Part shown: positions 1 through 9,034 of the stretch, piece by piece | Layout of the letters: each line of letters begins with the position of its first letter | Numbering within the stretch: the stretch's first letter is position 1 | Assembly (NCBI GenBank): GCA_044866005.1 | Contig: JBIOTN010000166.1 | Coordinates: 1-37,278, forward strand | DNA from: Candidatus Rokuibacteriota bacterium | Lineage (GTDB): Bacteria; Methylomirabilota; Methylomirabilia; Rokubacteriales; DASRDR01 | DNA length: 37,278 nucleotides | Direction of reading: 5' to 3' | Notes under the pieces: model-generated | Seen by the model: the letters and a program-made list of their open reading frames with translations, nothing else | What the model was told of the DNA's origin: nothing | The model's database searches: none | Made by a program: the position numbers and the translations under genes

Positions 1-21
1 CCCCCCCCCCCGAGTAAGACC

Positions 22-870
22 ATGGCGTGGATCTTCGGCAAGGGAGACAGGAAGGTCGTCATCACCCAGGGCCTCTGGGTCAAGTGCGAGGCCTGCCGCG
101 AGATCGTCTTCCGCGCCGACGTGGAGAAGAACGCGAGGACGTGTCCCCGCTGCGGGAGCCCGTTCCGCGTCTCGGCCCGCGAGCGCCTCGCGATGCTCCT
201 CGACCCCGGGTCCTTCGAAGAGCGCGATGCCGGGCTCCGCTCGCAGGATCCGCTCGGGTTCAAGGACAATCGCGGCCGGTACCGCGACCGTCTCGTGGCG
301 TCGCGCGAGAAGACGCGGACGGAGGAGGCCGTGCTGTCCGGCCTCGGCCGGATCGGCGGCTTCCCCGTCGTGGTCTGCGTGTTCGAGTTCGCGTTCATGG
401 GCGGCAGCATGGCGTCCGTGGTCGGGGAGAAAGTGACCCGGGCCATCGAGCTGGCCGCCCGGAAGCGGACGCCGCTCCTGATCGTGACCTGCTCGGGCGG
501 CGCGCGGATGCAAGAAGGCGTGCTCTCGCTCATGCAGATGGCCAAGACGTGCGCGGCGCTCCGGCGGCTGGCGGACGAGCACGTCCCGTACGTCGCCCTG
601 CTCGCGGACCCGACCACCGGCGGGGTGACGGCGTCGTTCGCGATGCTGGGCGACGTGATCCTCGCGGAGCCCCACGCCCTCATCGGCTTCGCCGGGCCGC
701 GCGTCATCCAGGAGACGATCCGGCAGCCGCTTCCCCCGGGGTTCCAGCGCTCCGAGTTCCTCCTCGAGCACGGGATGCTGGACCTCGTGGTGGAGCGGAA
801 GGAGCTGCGAGACCTTCTCCGGCGGCTGCTCGCCTTCTTCGCCGACTCGGCGGAGACGCCCGCGCCATGA
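22..870 (+). CDS. accD: Acetyl-CoA carboxylase carboxyltransferase beta subunit
   Basis: N-terminal Zn finger (LWVKCEAC...CPRC), FMGGSM, SGGARMQEG, DPTTGGVTASFAMLGD, FQRSEFLLEHG; followed by folC as in the conserved accD-folC pair. Confidence 0.97.
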   Translation: MAWIFGKGDRKVVITQGLWVKCEACREIVFRADVEKNARTCPRCGSPFRVSARERLAMLLDPGSFEERDAGLRSQDPLGFKDNRGRYRDRLVASREKTRTEEAVLSGLGRIGGFPVVVCVFEFAFMGGSMASVVGEKVTRAIELAARKRTPLLIVTCSGGARMQEGVLSLMQMAKTCAALRRLADEHVPYVALLADPTTGGVTASFAMLGDVILAEPHALIGFAGPRVIQETIRQPLPPGFQRSEFLLEHGMLDLVVERKELRDLLRRLLAFFADSAETPAP

Positions 871-2177
871 CGCCCCAGGCCGCGCTCGGCCGGCTGCTCG
901 GGCTCGAGCGGTTCGGGATCCGGCCGGGGCTCGAGCGGATCGAGGGCCTGCTCGCGCTCGTCTCACATCCCGAGGCGGCCCTCCGCATCCTTCACGTCGG
1001 CGGGACCAACGGCAAGGGCTCCGTCTCGGCACTGGCCGAGTCCATCCTGCGATCGGCCGGCCGACGGACCGGGCTCTACACCTCGCCGCACCTCCTCGAC
1101 CCGGCCGAGCGGATCCGCATCGCCGGCGCGCCGATCGCGCCGGCGGCGCTGGCCGCCCACGTGGCGCAGCTCGCGCCCGCGCTGGACGCGGGCGGGGTGA
1201 CGTTCTTCGAGGCCATGACGGCGGTGGCGTTCGCGGCGTTTCGCGACGCCGGCGTCGAGGCGGCGGTCGTGGAGGTCGGCATGGGCGGGCGCTGGGACGC
1301 GACCAACGTGGGCGCCCCGCTCACCTCGGTGATCACCCGGATCGACTACGACCACCAGGCCTACCTCGGCAGCCGCCTCGAGGAGATCGCCGCGGAGAAG
1401 GCCGCCATCATCCGGGGCGGCGTGGCGCTCTCGGCCGCGCAGCTCCCCGAAGCGCGCGAGGTCATCGCGGCGCGCTGCCGGGATCTGGGAGTCCCGCTGC
1501 TCGTGGAGGGCGCCGATCTCCGGGTCACCGCCGTCCGGAGCGACCTCCGCGGCCACCGCCTCCACGTCGCCGGTCCGGGCTGGGCGCTCCGCGACCTGGA
1601 CGTGGCCCTGCCCGGCCTCTTCCAGCCCGCCAACGCCCTCCTCGGTGTCGCCGCCGCGCGGGCCTTCGCGAGCGCGGCCGGGCTTCCGCTGCCGGAGGCC
1701 GCGATCCGGGCGGGCTGCGCGGCCGTGCGCTGGCCCGGCCGCTTCCAGGTGATCGAGCTGGGACCCGCGGGCCGCCCGACGCTCGTCCTCGACGGCGCGC
1801 ACAACCCCGGCGGCGCCGCCGCCCTCGCGGCCTCGCTCACGCACTACTTCCGCGATCGCCGCCTCACGCTCGTCCTCGGGATCTCGGCCGACAAGGACCG
1901 CGCGGGCATCCTGAAGGCCCTCGCCCCGCTCGCGGCGCGCCTGGTCCTGACGGCGGCCGCCAATCCCCGCGCCACGCCGCCGGGGGAGCTCCTGGCCGAG
2001 CTTCAGCCGGTCGAGGCGGAGGTGGCGCTCGCCCGCGACGCCGCCGAGGCGCTTCGCGGGGCGCTCGCCGACCCCGCGGCCGACGTCGTCTGCGTCGCGG
2101 GCTCGCTCTTCCTCGTGGCCGACGCGCTCCGCTGGCTCCGCGACCAGGGCGTCCTCGGACGTGAGGTCCCGGCGTGA
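867..2177 (+). CDS. folC: Bifunctional folylpolyglutamate synthase/dihydrofolate synthase
   Basis: HVGGTNGKGS P-loop, YTSPHL, FFEAMT, EVGMGGRWDATNV, DGAHN. ATG at 867 overlaps the accD stop (ATGA); the upstream part of ORF 27..2177 is a shadow frame. Confidence 0.95.
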   Translation: MTPQAALGRLLGLERFGIRPGLERIEGLLALVSHPEAALRILHVGGTNGKGSVSALAESILRSAGRRTGLYTSPHLLDPAERIRIAGAPIAPAALAAHVAQLAPALDAGGVTFFEAMTAVAFAAFRDAGVEAAVVEVGMGGRWDATNVGAPLTSVITRIDYDHQAYLGSRLEEIAAEKAAIIRGGVALSAAQLPEAREVIAARCRDLGVPLLVEGADLRVTAVRSDLRGHRLHVAGPGWALRDLDVALPGLFQPANALLGVAAARAFASAAGLPLPEAAIRAGCAAVRWPGRFQVIELGPAGRPTLVLDGAHNPGGAAALAASLTHYFRDRRLTLVLGISADKDRAGILKALAPLAARLVLTAAANPRATPPGELLAELQPVEAEVALARDAAEALRGALADPAADVVCVAGSLFLVADALRWLRDQGVLGREVPA

Positions 2178-2189
2178 GGGAGGCCGCTC

Positions 2190-3287
2190 CTGGGCGCTGA
2201 TCGGCCCACCGCGTCCCGGCTCGCCGCGCTCCCCGATCCGGACAGCCCGCTCATCCTCGCCCCGGTCCCGCCCGGCCCGACCGAGTACCGGGTGGGCTGC
2301 GCGTCCTGGCTCGACCGCTCGCTCGTCGCGGAGGGGCACTTCTACCCGCGCCGCCACATGTCGGCCGAGGCCCGGCTCCGCTGGTACGCCCGCTTCTTCG
2401 ACTGCGTCGAGGTGAACGCGACGTACTACGCGCTCCCCTCGCCGCGCAACTCCGCGCTCTGGGTCGCGCGGACGCCGCCCGGCTTCCTCTTCCAGGTGAA
2501 GGCGTACAGCCTGATGACGGGCCACCACCCGCGCGTGGAGACCCTGCCGGCAGACCTGCGCCTGATGCTCCCCGAGGACGTCCCCCTGCGCCCGCGAGGC
2601 GAGGTGGAACGCGAGCGCTTCCCCGCGGAGGCGCTCGCCCGGTGCTTCGAGCTCTTCCGGGAAGGCCTCGCCCCGCTCGTCGAGGCCGGCAAGCTCGGCT
2701 ACGTCCTCTTCCAGCTCGCCCCGTGGGTCCGCTACGGCGACGCCGCCCTGGCCTACCTCGCGTCGCTGCCGCACCGGCTGCCCGGCTGGTCCATCGCCGT
2801 CGAGTTCCGCAACGCGACGTGGATCCCCGAGCGCACCGACGAGGTGCTCGCGTTCCTGGCCCAGCACGGCCTCGTCTTCGTCTGCGTGGACGCGCCGTGG
2901 CAGCCCTTCGTCCCGGCCGCCACGGCGGCGAGCTGGGTGGTGTTCCGCCTGCACGGCCAGAACGTCAAGGGCTGGCTCGATCAGCTCGCGGGGAAGGAGC
3001 CGACGGTCGCCGAGAAGTACGACTACCTCTACAGCGCCGGAGAGCTCCACACGATCGCGCGACGCGCCCGGGCCTTCGACGGTCGCGCGCGCCGGGTCGC
3101 CGTCAAGCTCAACAACAACAACCGCGACTATCCCGTGCGGAACGCGCTCGACGTCAAGCGGCTCCTCGGGCTCGAGGCCCCCGCGCTCGACGCGCCGCCC
3201 GTCGAGCGCGACGCCGCGGACCGGGAGCGCTCCGGCGCGGGGCCCCGCGGCGACCTCGCCGCGGGCGGGCCGGGCGCCGTCCCGTGA
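2190..3287 (+). CDS. DUF72 (YecE-like) TIM-barrel protein
   Basis: YRVGCASW, YARFFDCVEVNATYY, FQVKA, VLFQ, VEFRN, FRLHG, YDYLYS, NNN motifs. Start uncertain: the track uses GTG 2292, but an in-frame CTG at 2190 sits 6 nt after GGGAGG. Confidence 0.85.
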   Translation: MGADRPTASRLAALPDPDSPLILAPVPPGPTEYRVGCASWLDRSLVAEGHFYPRRHMSAEARLRWYARFFDCVEVNATYYALPSPRNSALWVARTPPGFLFQVKAYSLMTGHHPRVETLPADLRLMLPEDVPLRPRGEVERERFPAEALARCFELFREGLAPLVEAGKLGYVLFQLAPWVRYGDAALAYLASLPHRLPGWSIAVEFRNATWIPERTDEVLAFLAQHGLVFVCVDAPWQPFVPAATAASWVVFRLHGQNVKGWLDQLAGKEPTVAEKYDYLYSAGELHTIARRARAFDGRARRVAVKLNNNNRDYPVRNALDVKRLLGLEAPALDAPPVERDAADRERSGAGPRGDLAAGGPGAVP

Positions 3288-3318
3288 CCGCCGGGAGCCC
3301 CCACAGCGGTCGGGACCG

Positions 3319-3348
3319 TTGCGCGGTCGGCGGGCCATCTGATAGGAT
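3319..3348 (+). promoter_or_regulatory. Putative sigma70 promoter for lptD and downstream genes
   Basis: TTGCGC (3319-3324), 18-bp spacer, extended -10 TGnTAGGAT (3340-3348) in an otherwise very GC-rich gap. Confidence 0.5.
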
Positions 3349-3414
3349 GCCCCGAGTCGTCGCCTCCGCCGTCCGCGTTCGCTGGCTCAAGCGCCGCCAT
3401 CACTCAGGGGGAGG

Positions 3415-5763
3415 TTGGTGCCGGGGACCCGTGCGACCTGGGTCGTCCTCGCATGGATCTGTGCGATCCCCGCGCTCGCCTTCGCGCAGGAGCGGCGCGA
3501 GCTCTCCCTCGGCTCCGGTGAAGCCCCCGTGTCCGTCTTCGCCGATCGGCTCGAGAGTCTCGAGCGCGACAACCTCCTCATCGCGGACGGGGAGGTGGAG
3601 ATCGAGCAGGGCGAGATCCGGCTCGAGGCCGACCGCGCGGAGATCAACACCGAGACGGCGGAGACCGTGGCGGTCGGGCGCGTCGTGTTCTTCGACGGGC
3701 GTGACCGCCTGGTGGGGGAGCGGCTCGAGTACAACTTCCGGACGGGGACGGGCATCGTCTACCGGGCCGAGGCGTTTGCGGAGCCTCACTTCTTCTTCGC
3801 CGGCAGCCGCATGGAGCGCTTCGGCGAGAAGGCCTATCGCCTCACCGGCGGAACCTTCACGACCTGCGACACCGACCCGCCCGCCTGGCACGTGCGGTGG
3901 GGACGGGCCACGGCCTACCTCGACGATTACGTGTGGGGCACGAACGCCTCCTTCTGGGTCTGGAAGCTGCCGCTCGTGCCGTTCCTGCCGATCTTCGGGG
4001 CGAGCCTCCGGAAGGATCGGCACACCGGCTTCCTCCTCCCCACCCTCGGCGCCAGCAACACCAAGGGCTTCACCTTCCGCCAGCCGTTCTTCTGGGCCAT
4101 CTCGGACAGCCAGGACCTCTTGCTCCTCCCGACGTACTACGAAAAGCGCGGGCTCGGCCTCGGCGCGGCCTACCGGTACGTGCGCCGCGAGGAGTCGCGG
4201 GGCGAGATCGAGGGGTTCGTGCTGAACGACACCGAGACGGACAAGACCCGGTGGGTCATCGGGCTCCGGCACGAGGAGCAGATCACGCCGCGGCTCTCGC
4301 TGAAGGCCGACCTGGCGCAGGTCAGCGACGACCAGTACTTCAGCGAGTTCGGCGACACGCTCGACGAGCGGAGCCGGCAGCGGCTCGAGTCGAACCTCTC
4401 GCTGACCCAGCGCTGGGAGAAGTGGAACCTCGTCGCCCGGCTCTTCACCTACGAGGACCTCACCACGAAGGTGCCGATCGAGCTCAATCGGCTGCCCGAC
4501 ATCCGGGTCAACGCCTTTCAGCAGCCGCTGTTCGGCGGCGGCCCCGTGCTCCCGCCGCCCGCGACGGGCACGATCAGCCCGGTCCCCCAGTCCGAGCATC
4601 CGCTCAGCGATCTCCTGTTCGAGGTCGAGAGCTCCTACACGAACTTCGTCCGTGACGTGGGATCCGAGGGGCAGCGCCTCGACCTCCATCCCCGGTTCTT
4701 CTACCCCTTCCGACCGGGCGGCTACTTCACGGTGACGCCGCGGATCGGAGGGCGCGAGACCATCTACGACACCAAGGTGGTCGGCACGAAGGTGGAGCGC
4801 GACTTCCTGGTGGAAGACACGCGGAACGAGTTCGTGAACCGCTCGCTGTTCGAGGGCGGCATGGACCTCGAGGCCCGCGCCTATCGCGTCTTCGACATGG
4901 GAGGAATGCTCGACATCCAGCGGATCCAGCACGTGATCGAGCCGCGGGTGAGCTACAACTACATCCCCGAGGTCAATCAGGACGACCTGCCGCAGTTCGA
5001 CGCGATCGACAAGATCCGCGGCACGAACGGCGTCACCTACTCGCTCACGAACCGGGTCAAGGCACGCGAGGTGGGGACCGAAGAGCGACCCGGACGGGTC
5101 TGGGAGCTCTTGCGCCTGACCTTCAGCCAGACCTACGACCTCGATCGGCCGCCGCTCGTCGAGCCCGTCTCCCCCATCGGGCAGCCGGCGCCGGTCCCCA
5201 CGCCGACGCCGACCCCCACCCCGACGCCGGGCACCGCGGCCGCCCGGCGCCTTCGCCAGGAGCCGACGCCGACCACCCCGACCACGCCGACGCCGCCGGG
5301 CACGACCCCGACCACGACCACGACGACGGTCCCGCGCCACCGGCTCTCCGACCTGATCGGAGACCTTCTCTTCGAGCCTGTCTTCGGGCTCCGGTTCCGG
5401 GGCACGGCGGCGTTCAACCCGTACGAGCAGGACGTGCGGAACGCGACGACCGACGCCTCGTACGAGACGCGCGACTGGCGCCTGAGCTTCGGCACCCGAC
5501 ACGGCGAGGGTGGCCGGCTCCAGTTCATCCAGGGCGACCTTCAGGCCCGCTTGGGGGCCCGCTGGTCGGTCCGGCTCGCGAGCAACTACAGCGTCGACAC
5601 CAGCACGGTGATCGAGAACCGCGTCGAGGTGGAGTTCCGCGAGCAGTGCTGGGCGGTGTCCGTCGCCCTGGTGGACCGGACGAACGAGGACGAGTTCCGC
5701 ATCACGATCAACCTGCTCGAGCTCGGCCACTACGGCTTTGGCCGCGCGTTCGCCTCCCAGTGA
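3415..5763 (+). CDS. lptD: LPS-assembly outer-membrane protein LptD
   Basis: Signal peptide (..IPALAFAQ), OstA/beta-jellyroll N-domain (ADGEVEIEQG..LEAD), FTTC motif, TGFLLP, QPFFWAI, HVIEP, C-terminal EQCWAV; SD GGGGGAGG upstream. Confidence 0.9.
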   Translation: MVPGTRATWVVLAWICAIPALAFAQERRELSLGSGEAPVSVFADRLESLERDNLLIADGEVEIEQGEIRLEADRAEINTETAETVAVGRVVFFDGRDRLVGERLEYNFRTGTGIVYRAEAFAEPHFFFAGSRMERFGEKAYRLTGGTFTTCDTDPPAWHVRWGRATAYLDDYVWGTNASFWVWKLPLVPFLPIFGASLRKDRHTGFLLPTLGASNTKGFTFRQPFFWAISDSQDLLLLPTYYEKRGLGLGAAYRYVRREESRGEIEGFVLNDTETDKTRWVIGLRHEEQITPRLSLKADLAQVSDDQYFSEFGDTLDERSRQRLESNLSLTQRWEKWNLVARLFTYEDLTTKVPIELNRLPDIRVNAFQQPLFGGGPVLPPPATGTISPVPQSEHPLSDLLFEVESSYTNFVRDVGSEGQRLDLHPRFFYPFRPGGYFTVTPRIGGRETIYDTKVVGTKVERDFLVEDTRNEFVNRSLFEGGMDLEARAYRVFDMGGMLDIQRIQHVIEPRVSYNYIPEVNQDDLPQFDAIDKIRGTNGVTYSLTNRVKAREVGTEERPGRVWELLRLTFSQTYDLDRPPLVEPVSPIGQPAPVPTPTPTPTPTPGTAAARRLRQEPTPTTPTTPTPPGTTPTTTTTTVPRHRLSDLIGDLLFEPVFGLRFRGTAAFNPYEQDVRNATTDASYETRDWRLSFGTRHGEGGRLQFIQGDLQARLGARWSVRLASNYSVDTSTVIENRVEVEFREQCWAVSVALVDRTNEDEFRITINLLELGHYGFGRAFASQ
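5185..5334 (+). repeat. Pro/Thr low-complexity coding repeat inside lptD
   Basis: Encodes PAPVPTPTPTPTPTPG...EPTPTTPTTPTPPGTTPTTTTTTVP with degenerate CCG-ACG/CCC-ACC codon repeats. Confidence 0.85.
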
Positions 5764-5807
5764 GCCGGCCAGGCCGAGAGGCGGGGGAAGCTGGTGAGCG
5801 CGGCCTG

Positions 5808-6929
5808 ATGAGGATCCCGCAGTTCGACCTGCGCCGCCAGTACGCGGCGATCGAGCCCGAGATCGAAGCGGCGGTCCGCCGGGTCCTGCGCAGCGGGCGG
5901 TTCATCCTCGGCCCCGAGGGCGAGGCGCTGGAGGCCGAGTGTGCGGCCGCCCTCGGCGTCGACCACGCCGTCGGCGTGGCCTCCGGCTCCGACGCGTTGC
6001 GGCTCACGCTCCAGGCGCTCGACATCGGCCCCGGCGACGAAGTCGTCACGCCGGCGTTCTCGTTCGTGGCCTCGGCGACCGCGGTGCTCCAGGCCGGCGC
6101 CCGGCCGGTCTTCGCCGACGTCGACCCGATCACCCTCACGCTCACGCCCGAGACGACCGCCGCCGCGCTCACCGACCGGACCCGGGGGATCGTGGCCGTC
6201 CACCTCTTCGGGCTCCCCGTGGCGATGGACGGCCTGCGGGCCCTTGCCGCCGGCCGCGGCCTCGCGCTGGTCGAGGACGCCGCGCAAGCATTCGGCGCGC
6301 GGCTCGGTGGGCGCGCCGTCGGCGACCTCGGCAGCGCCGCGGCGTTCAGCTTCTATCCGACGAAGACGCTGGCGGCCTACGGCGATGCGGGGCTCGTGAC
6401 GACGTCCGACGGCGACCTGGCGGCGCGACTCCGCCGTGTCCGCAACCACGGGCAGACGCAGAAGTACGCGCACGTCGAGCTCGGCTGGAACAGCCGGCTC
6501 GACGAGCTCCAGGCCGCGATCCTGCGCGTCAAGCTCCGCCACGTGGCGGCATGGACCGACAGCCGACGGCGGATCGCCGCCCGCTACACGGCGGGCCTGG
6601 CCGACTGCCCGGTCCGCCGGCCCGCCGAGCCGGCCGGCGCGTGCCACGTCTTCCACCAGTACACGATCCGGACGCCGCGCCGCGACGCCCTCGCCAAGCA
6701 CCTGGCCGCCGCCGGAATCGGGACCGCGTGTCACTACCCGCAGCCGGTGCCCGGCCAGCCTGTCTTCCGCACGCTCGGCTACGACCCCGGGGCCTATCCG
6801 GCAGCGTGGGCCGCCTCGCAGGAGGTCCTCTCGCTGCCCTGTTTCCCGGAACTCATGTGGGAGGAGGTAGACGCCGTGATCGACGCGATCCGCGCGTTCT
6901 TCAGGGGAGAAGCGGCATGCGAGTCCTGA
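5808..6929 (+). CDS. DegT/DnrJ/EryC1/StrS-family PLP-dependent nucleotide-sugar aminotransferase
   Basis: MRIPQFDL..Y, GVASGSDAL, GPGDEV, VHLFG, EDAAQA, FSFYPTK (PLP lysine), NSRLDELQAA, LSLP. Confidence 0.92.
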   Translation: MRIPQFDLRRQYAAIEPEIEAAVRRVLRSGRFILGPEGEALEAECAAALGVDHAVGVASGSDALRLTLQALDIGPGDEVVTPAFSFVASATAVLQAGARPVFADVDPITLTLTPETTAAALTDRTRGIVAVHLFGLPVAMDGLRALAAGRGLALVEDAAQAFGARLGGRAVGDLGSAAAFSFYPTKTLAAYGDAGLVTTSDGDLAARLRRVRNHGQTQKYAHVELGWNSRLDELQAAILRVKLRHVAAWTDSRRRIAARYTAGLADCPVRRPAEPAGACHVFHQYTIRTPRRDALAKHLAAAGIGTACHYPQPVPGQPVFRTLGYDPGAYPAAWAASQEVLSLPCFPELMWEEVDAVIDAIRAFFRGEAACES

Positions 6930-7870
6930 TCACCGGGGTGACCGGCTTCGTGGGGAGCCACCTGGCCGACTATCTCGTCGGCCGCGGCGACGTCGAGATC
7001 TTCGGCAGTCACCGCTGGCGGAGCCGGATGGAGAACATCGAACACCTGCGGGGCCGGATCGGCCTCGTCGAATGCGACCTTCGGGATGCCGGCGCCACGC
7101 GCCGCATGCTCGCCTCGGTCCGGCCGGACCGCATCTTCCACCTCGCGGCGCAGAGCTACGTGCCGGCATCGTGGATGGCGCCCGTCGAGACCGTCACCGG
7201 CAACGTCGCCTGTCAGCTCAACGTCTTCGAGGCGGCGCGCGATCTGCGCCTGCCGGTCCGCATCCACATCGCCGGCTCGAGCGAGGAGTACGGCCTGGTG
7301 AAGCCGGAGGAGCTGCCGCTGCGCGAGGACTCGCCGCTCCGCCCGCTCTCGCCCTACGCGGTGTCGAAGGTCGCGCAGGACTACCTGGCCTATCAGTACT
7401 GGATGAGCCACCGCCTCCACACGGTCCGCACGCGCGGCTTCAACCATACGGGACCGCGGCGCGGGGAGGTGTTCGTGACCTCGAACCTCGCGCGCCAGGT
7501 CGCCGAGATCGAGAAGGGCGTCCGGGAGCCGGTGGTCTGGGTGGGCAACCTCGAGCCCATCCGGGACTTCACCGACGTGCGGGACATGGCGCGGGCCTAC
7601 TGGCTCGCCCTCGAGCACGGGGTCCCGGGCGAGGTGTACAACATCTGTTCCGGGCGCGCCTACCAGATCCGCAACGTGCTGGAGATCCTGGTCGGACTCG
7701 CCCAGGTCAAGGTGGAGGTGCGTGAGGACCCGGCGCGGCTCCGACCGTCGGACGTGGAGATGCTGCTCGGCGACAGCAGTCGCTTCCGCGAGCTCTGCGG
7801 GTGGGAGCCGACGATCCCCTTCGAGCTGACGCTGAAGGATTTGCTGGAATATTGGCGCGAGCGCGTCTAG
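6917..7870 (+). CDS. gmd: GDP-mannose 4,6-dehydratase-family extended SDR
   Basis: MRVLITGVTGFVGSHL, HLAAQSYV, GSSEEYG, SPYAVSK, FNHTGPRR, GNL..RDFTDVRD, RPSDV; ATG 6917 with GGGGAG SD overlapping the upstream gene. Confidence 0.8.
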   Translation: MRVLITGVTGFVGSHLADYLVGRGDVEIFGSHRWRSRMENIEHLRGRIGLVECDLRDAGATRRMLASVRPDRIFHLAAQSYVPASWMAPVETVTGNVACQLNVFEAARDLRLPVRIHIAGSSEEYGLVKPEELPLREDSPLRPLSPYAVSKVAQDYLAYQYWMSHRLHTVRTRGFNHTGPRRGEVFVTSNLARQVAEIEKGVREPVVWVGNLEPIRDFTDVRDMARAYWLALEHGVPGEVYNICSGRAYQIRNVLEILVGLAQVKVEVREDPARLRPSDVEMLLGDSSRFRELCGWEPTIPFELTLKDLLEYWRERV

Positions 7871-7884
7871 CCACTGCAGGCCGG

Positions 7885-8038
7885 CCGCCGCGGGTGACGC
7901 CGGCGCTGCCCCGCAGCCGGCCGGGCGAAGTGGGACCCCTTCGCGCTCCTCCCGCGGATCGCCCGAGCGGCGGGAGGGCGCGAACGGGTGACGGAGCCCG
8001 GCCGGACCGGGGCGAGCCGGCGGCAGGACCCGCGGCGG
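7885..8038 (+). repeat. Family A ~155-bp palindromic structured intergenic repeat, copy 1
   Basis: Terminal inverted repeat CCGCCGCGGGT/ACCCGCGGCGG with nested stems; close relatives at 16327-16490 (+) and 12645-12802 (-). Confidence 0.9.
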
Positions 8039-8050
8039 AGTCCTGGCAGG

Positions 8051-9034
8051 GTGGACGTGCCTGATGAGCTGGGCCTGAAAGTCCTGATCACGGGAATCGC
8101 GGGGTTCGCGGGGAGCCACCTCGCGGAGCTCGCCCTCGCCGAGGGTGCCGAGGTCACCGGAACGGTGCTCCCCGGCGCTCCGGTGGACAACCTCCACGGC
8201 CTCCGCGGCGCGATCCACACCGTCGCCTGTGACCTCACCGAGCCCGGAGCGGTGGCGCGCGTCCTCCAGGACGTCCGGCCGGACCGCATCTTCCACCTCG
8301 CCGGGGCGAGCGTCGTCGGCAGTTCCTGGACGCATCGGGCCGAGGTGCTGCGGGCGAACCTGGACGGCACGTTCCAGTTGCTGGAGGGCCTCCGCGCCGT
8401 GCCGGCACCGTGCCTGCTCGTCTCATCGGCCGAGGTCTACGGCGCCGTGCCCGAGGCCGAGCAGCCCATCGGCGAGACCCAGCCCCTGCGGCCGGTCTCG
8501 CCCTATGCCCTCTCCAAGGCGTGCCAGGAGCTCTACGCCGACTACTACGTGCGGGCCGAGCGGTTGCCGATCGTCATCGTCCGCGCCTTCAACCACGTGG
8601 GGCCCCGCCAGGGGCTCGGCTTCGTCTGGAGCGACATCGCGCGCCAGATCGCCGGCATCGAGGCGGGCCGGGAGCCGCCGGTGCTCGAGGTCGGCACCCT
8701 GACCACGCGCCGCGACTTCACCGACGTGCGGGACATCGTCCGCGCGTACTGGCTTCTCCTCGACCGGGCCGCCCCCGGCCAGGTCCACAACGCGGCCTCC
8801 GGCCGCGCGCTGGCGATCCGCGAGGTGGTCGACGGCTTCCTCGCCCTGGCCACGCGCCCCATCGAGGTCCGGATCGACCCGGCGCGCGTGCGTCCGGTGG
8901 ACATCCCGCTGCTCCTGGGCGACGCGGGGCGGCTGCGCGCGCTCACCGGGTGGAAGCCGGTGGTGCCGCTGGAGCAGAGCTTCGTGGACGTGCTGGCGGA
9001 CTGGCGTGCCCGCGTCCCGGGGGCGGGCCGATAA
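8051..9034 (+). CDS. GMD/RMD-family extended SDR, likely GDP-4-keto-6-deoxy-D-mannose reductase (Rmd-like)
   Basis: KVLITGIAGFAGSHL, SSAEVYG, SPYALSK, FNHVGPRQ, RDFTDVRD; paralogous to the upstream gene. Start uncertain (GTG 8051/8057 or CTG 8075); the track's 7988 start lies inside the repeat. Confidence 0.8.
   Translation: MDVPDELGLKVLITGIAGFAGSHLAELALAEGAEVTGTVLPGAPVDNLHGLRGAIHTVACDLTEPGAVARVLQDVRPDRIFHLAGASVVGSSWTHRAEVLRANLDGTFQLLEGLRAVPAPCLLVSSAEVYGAVPEAEQPIGETQPLRPVSPYALSKACQELYADYYVRAERLPIVIVRAFNHVGPRQGLGFVWSDIARQIAGIEAGREPPVLEVGTLTTRRDFTDVRDIVRAYWLLLDRAAPGQVHNAASGRALAIREVVDGFLALATRPIEVRIDPARVRPVDIPLLLGDAGRLRALTGWKPVVPLEQSFVDVLADWRARVPGAGR

Noticed and set aside
1..11. Poly-C run at the very start of the window
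   Set aside because: It lies at the edge with no context and could be a contig-end artefact; phase variation cannot be supported.
27..866. Apparent long N-terminal extensions or fusions in the ORF track (folC 27.., gmd 5939.., wzt 9006.., GT4 14068.., rmlD 24467.., 1616-aa ORF 29427..)
   Set aside because: The extensions overlap the upstream real gene in another frame; homology starts at the downstream, often stop-overlapping, start codons.
7885..8038. Family A as 6S RNA, SRP RNA or tRNA
   Set aside because: Three dispersed copies in both orientations inside an operon, with no SRP GNRA-loop domain, cloverleaf or dedicated promoter visible.
7801..8064. Similar small ORFs at 7801..8064 and 16317..16517 that look like a peptide family
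   Set aside because: They are translations of the family A repeat; conservation follows base pairing, and the third copy is in the opposite orientation.
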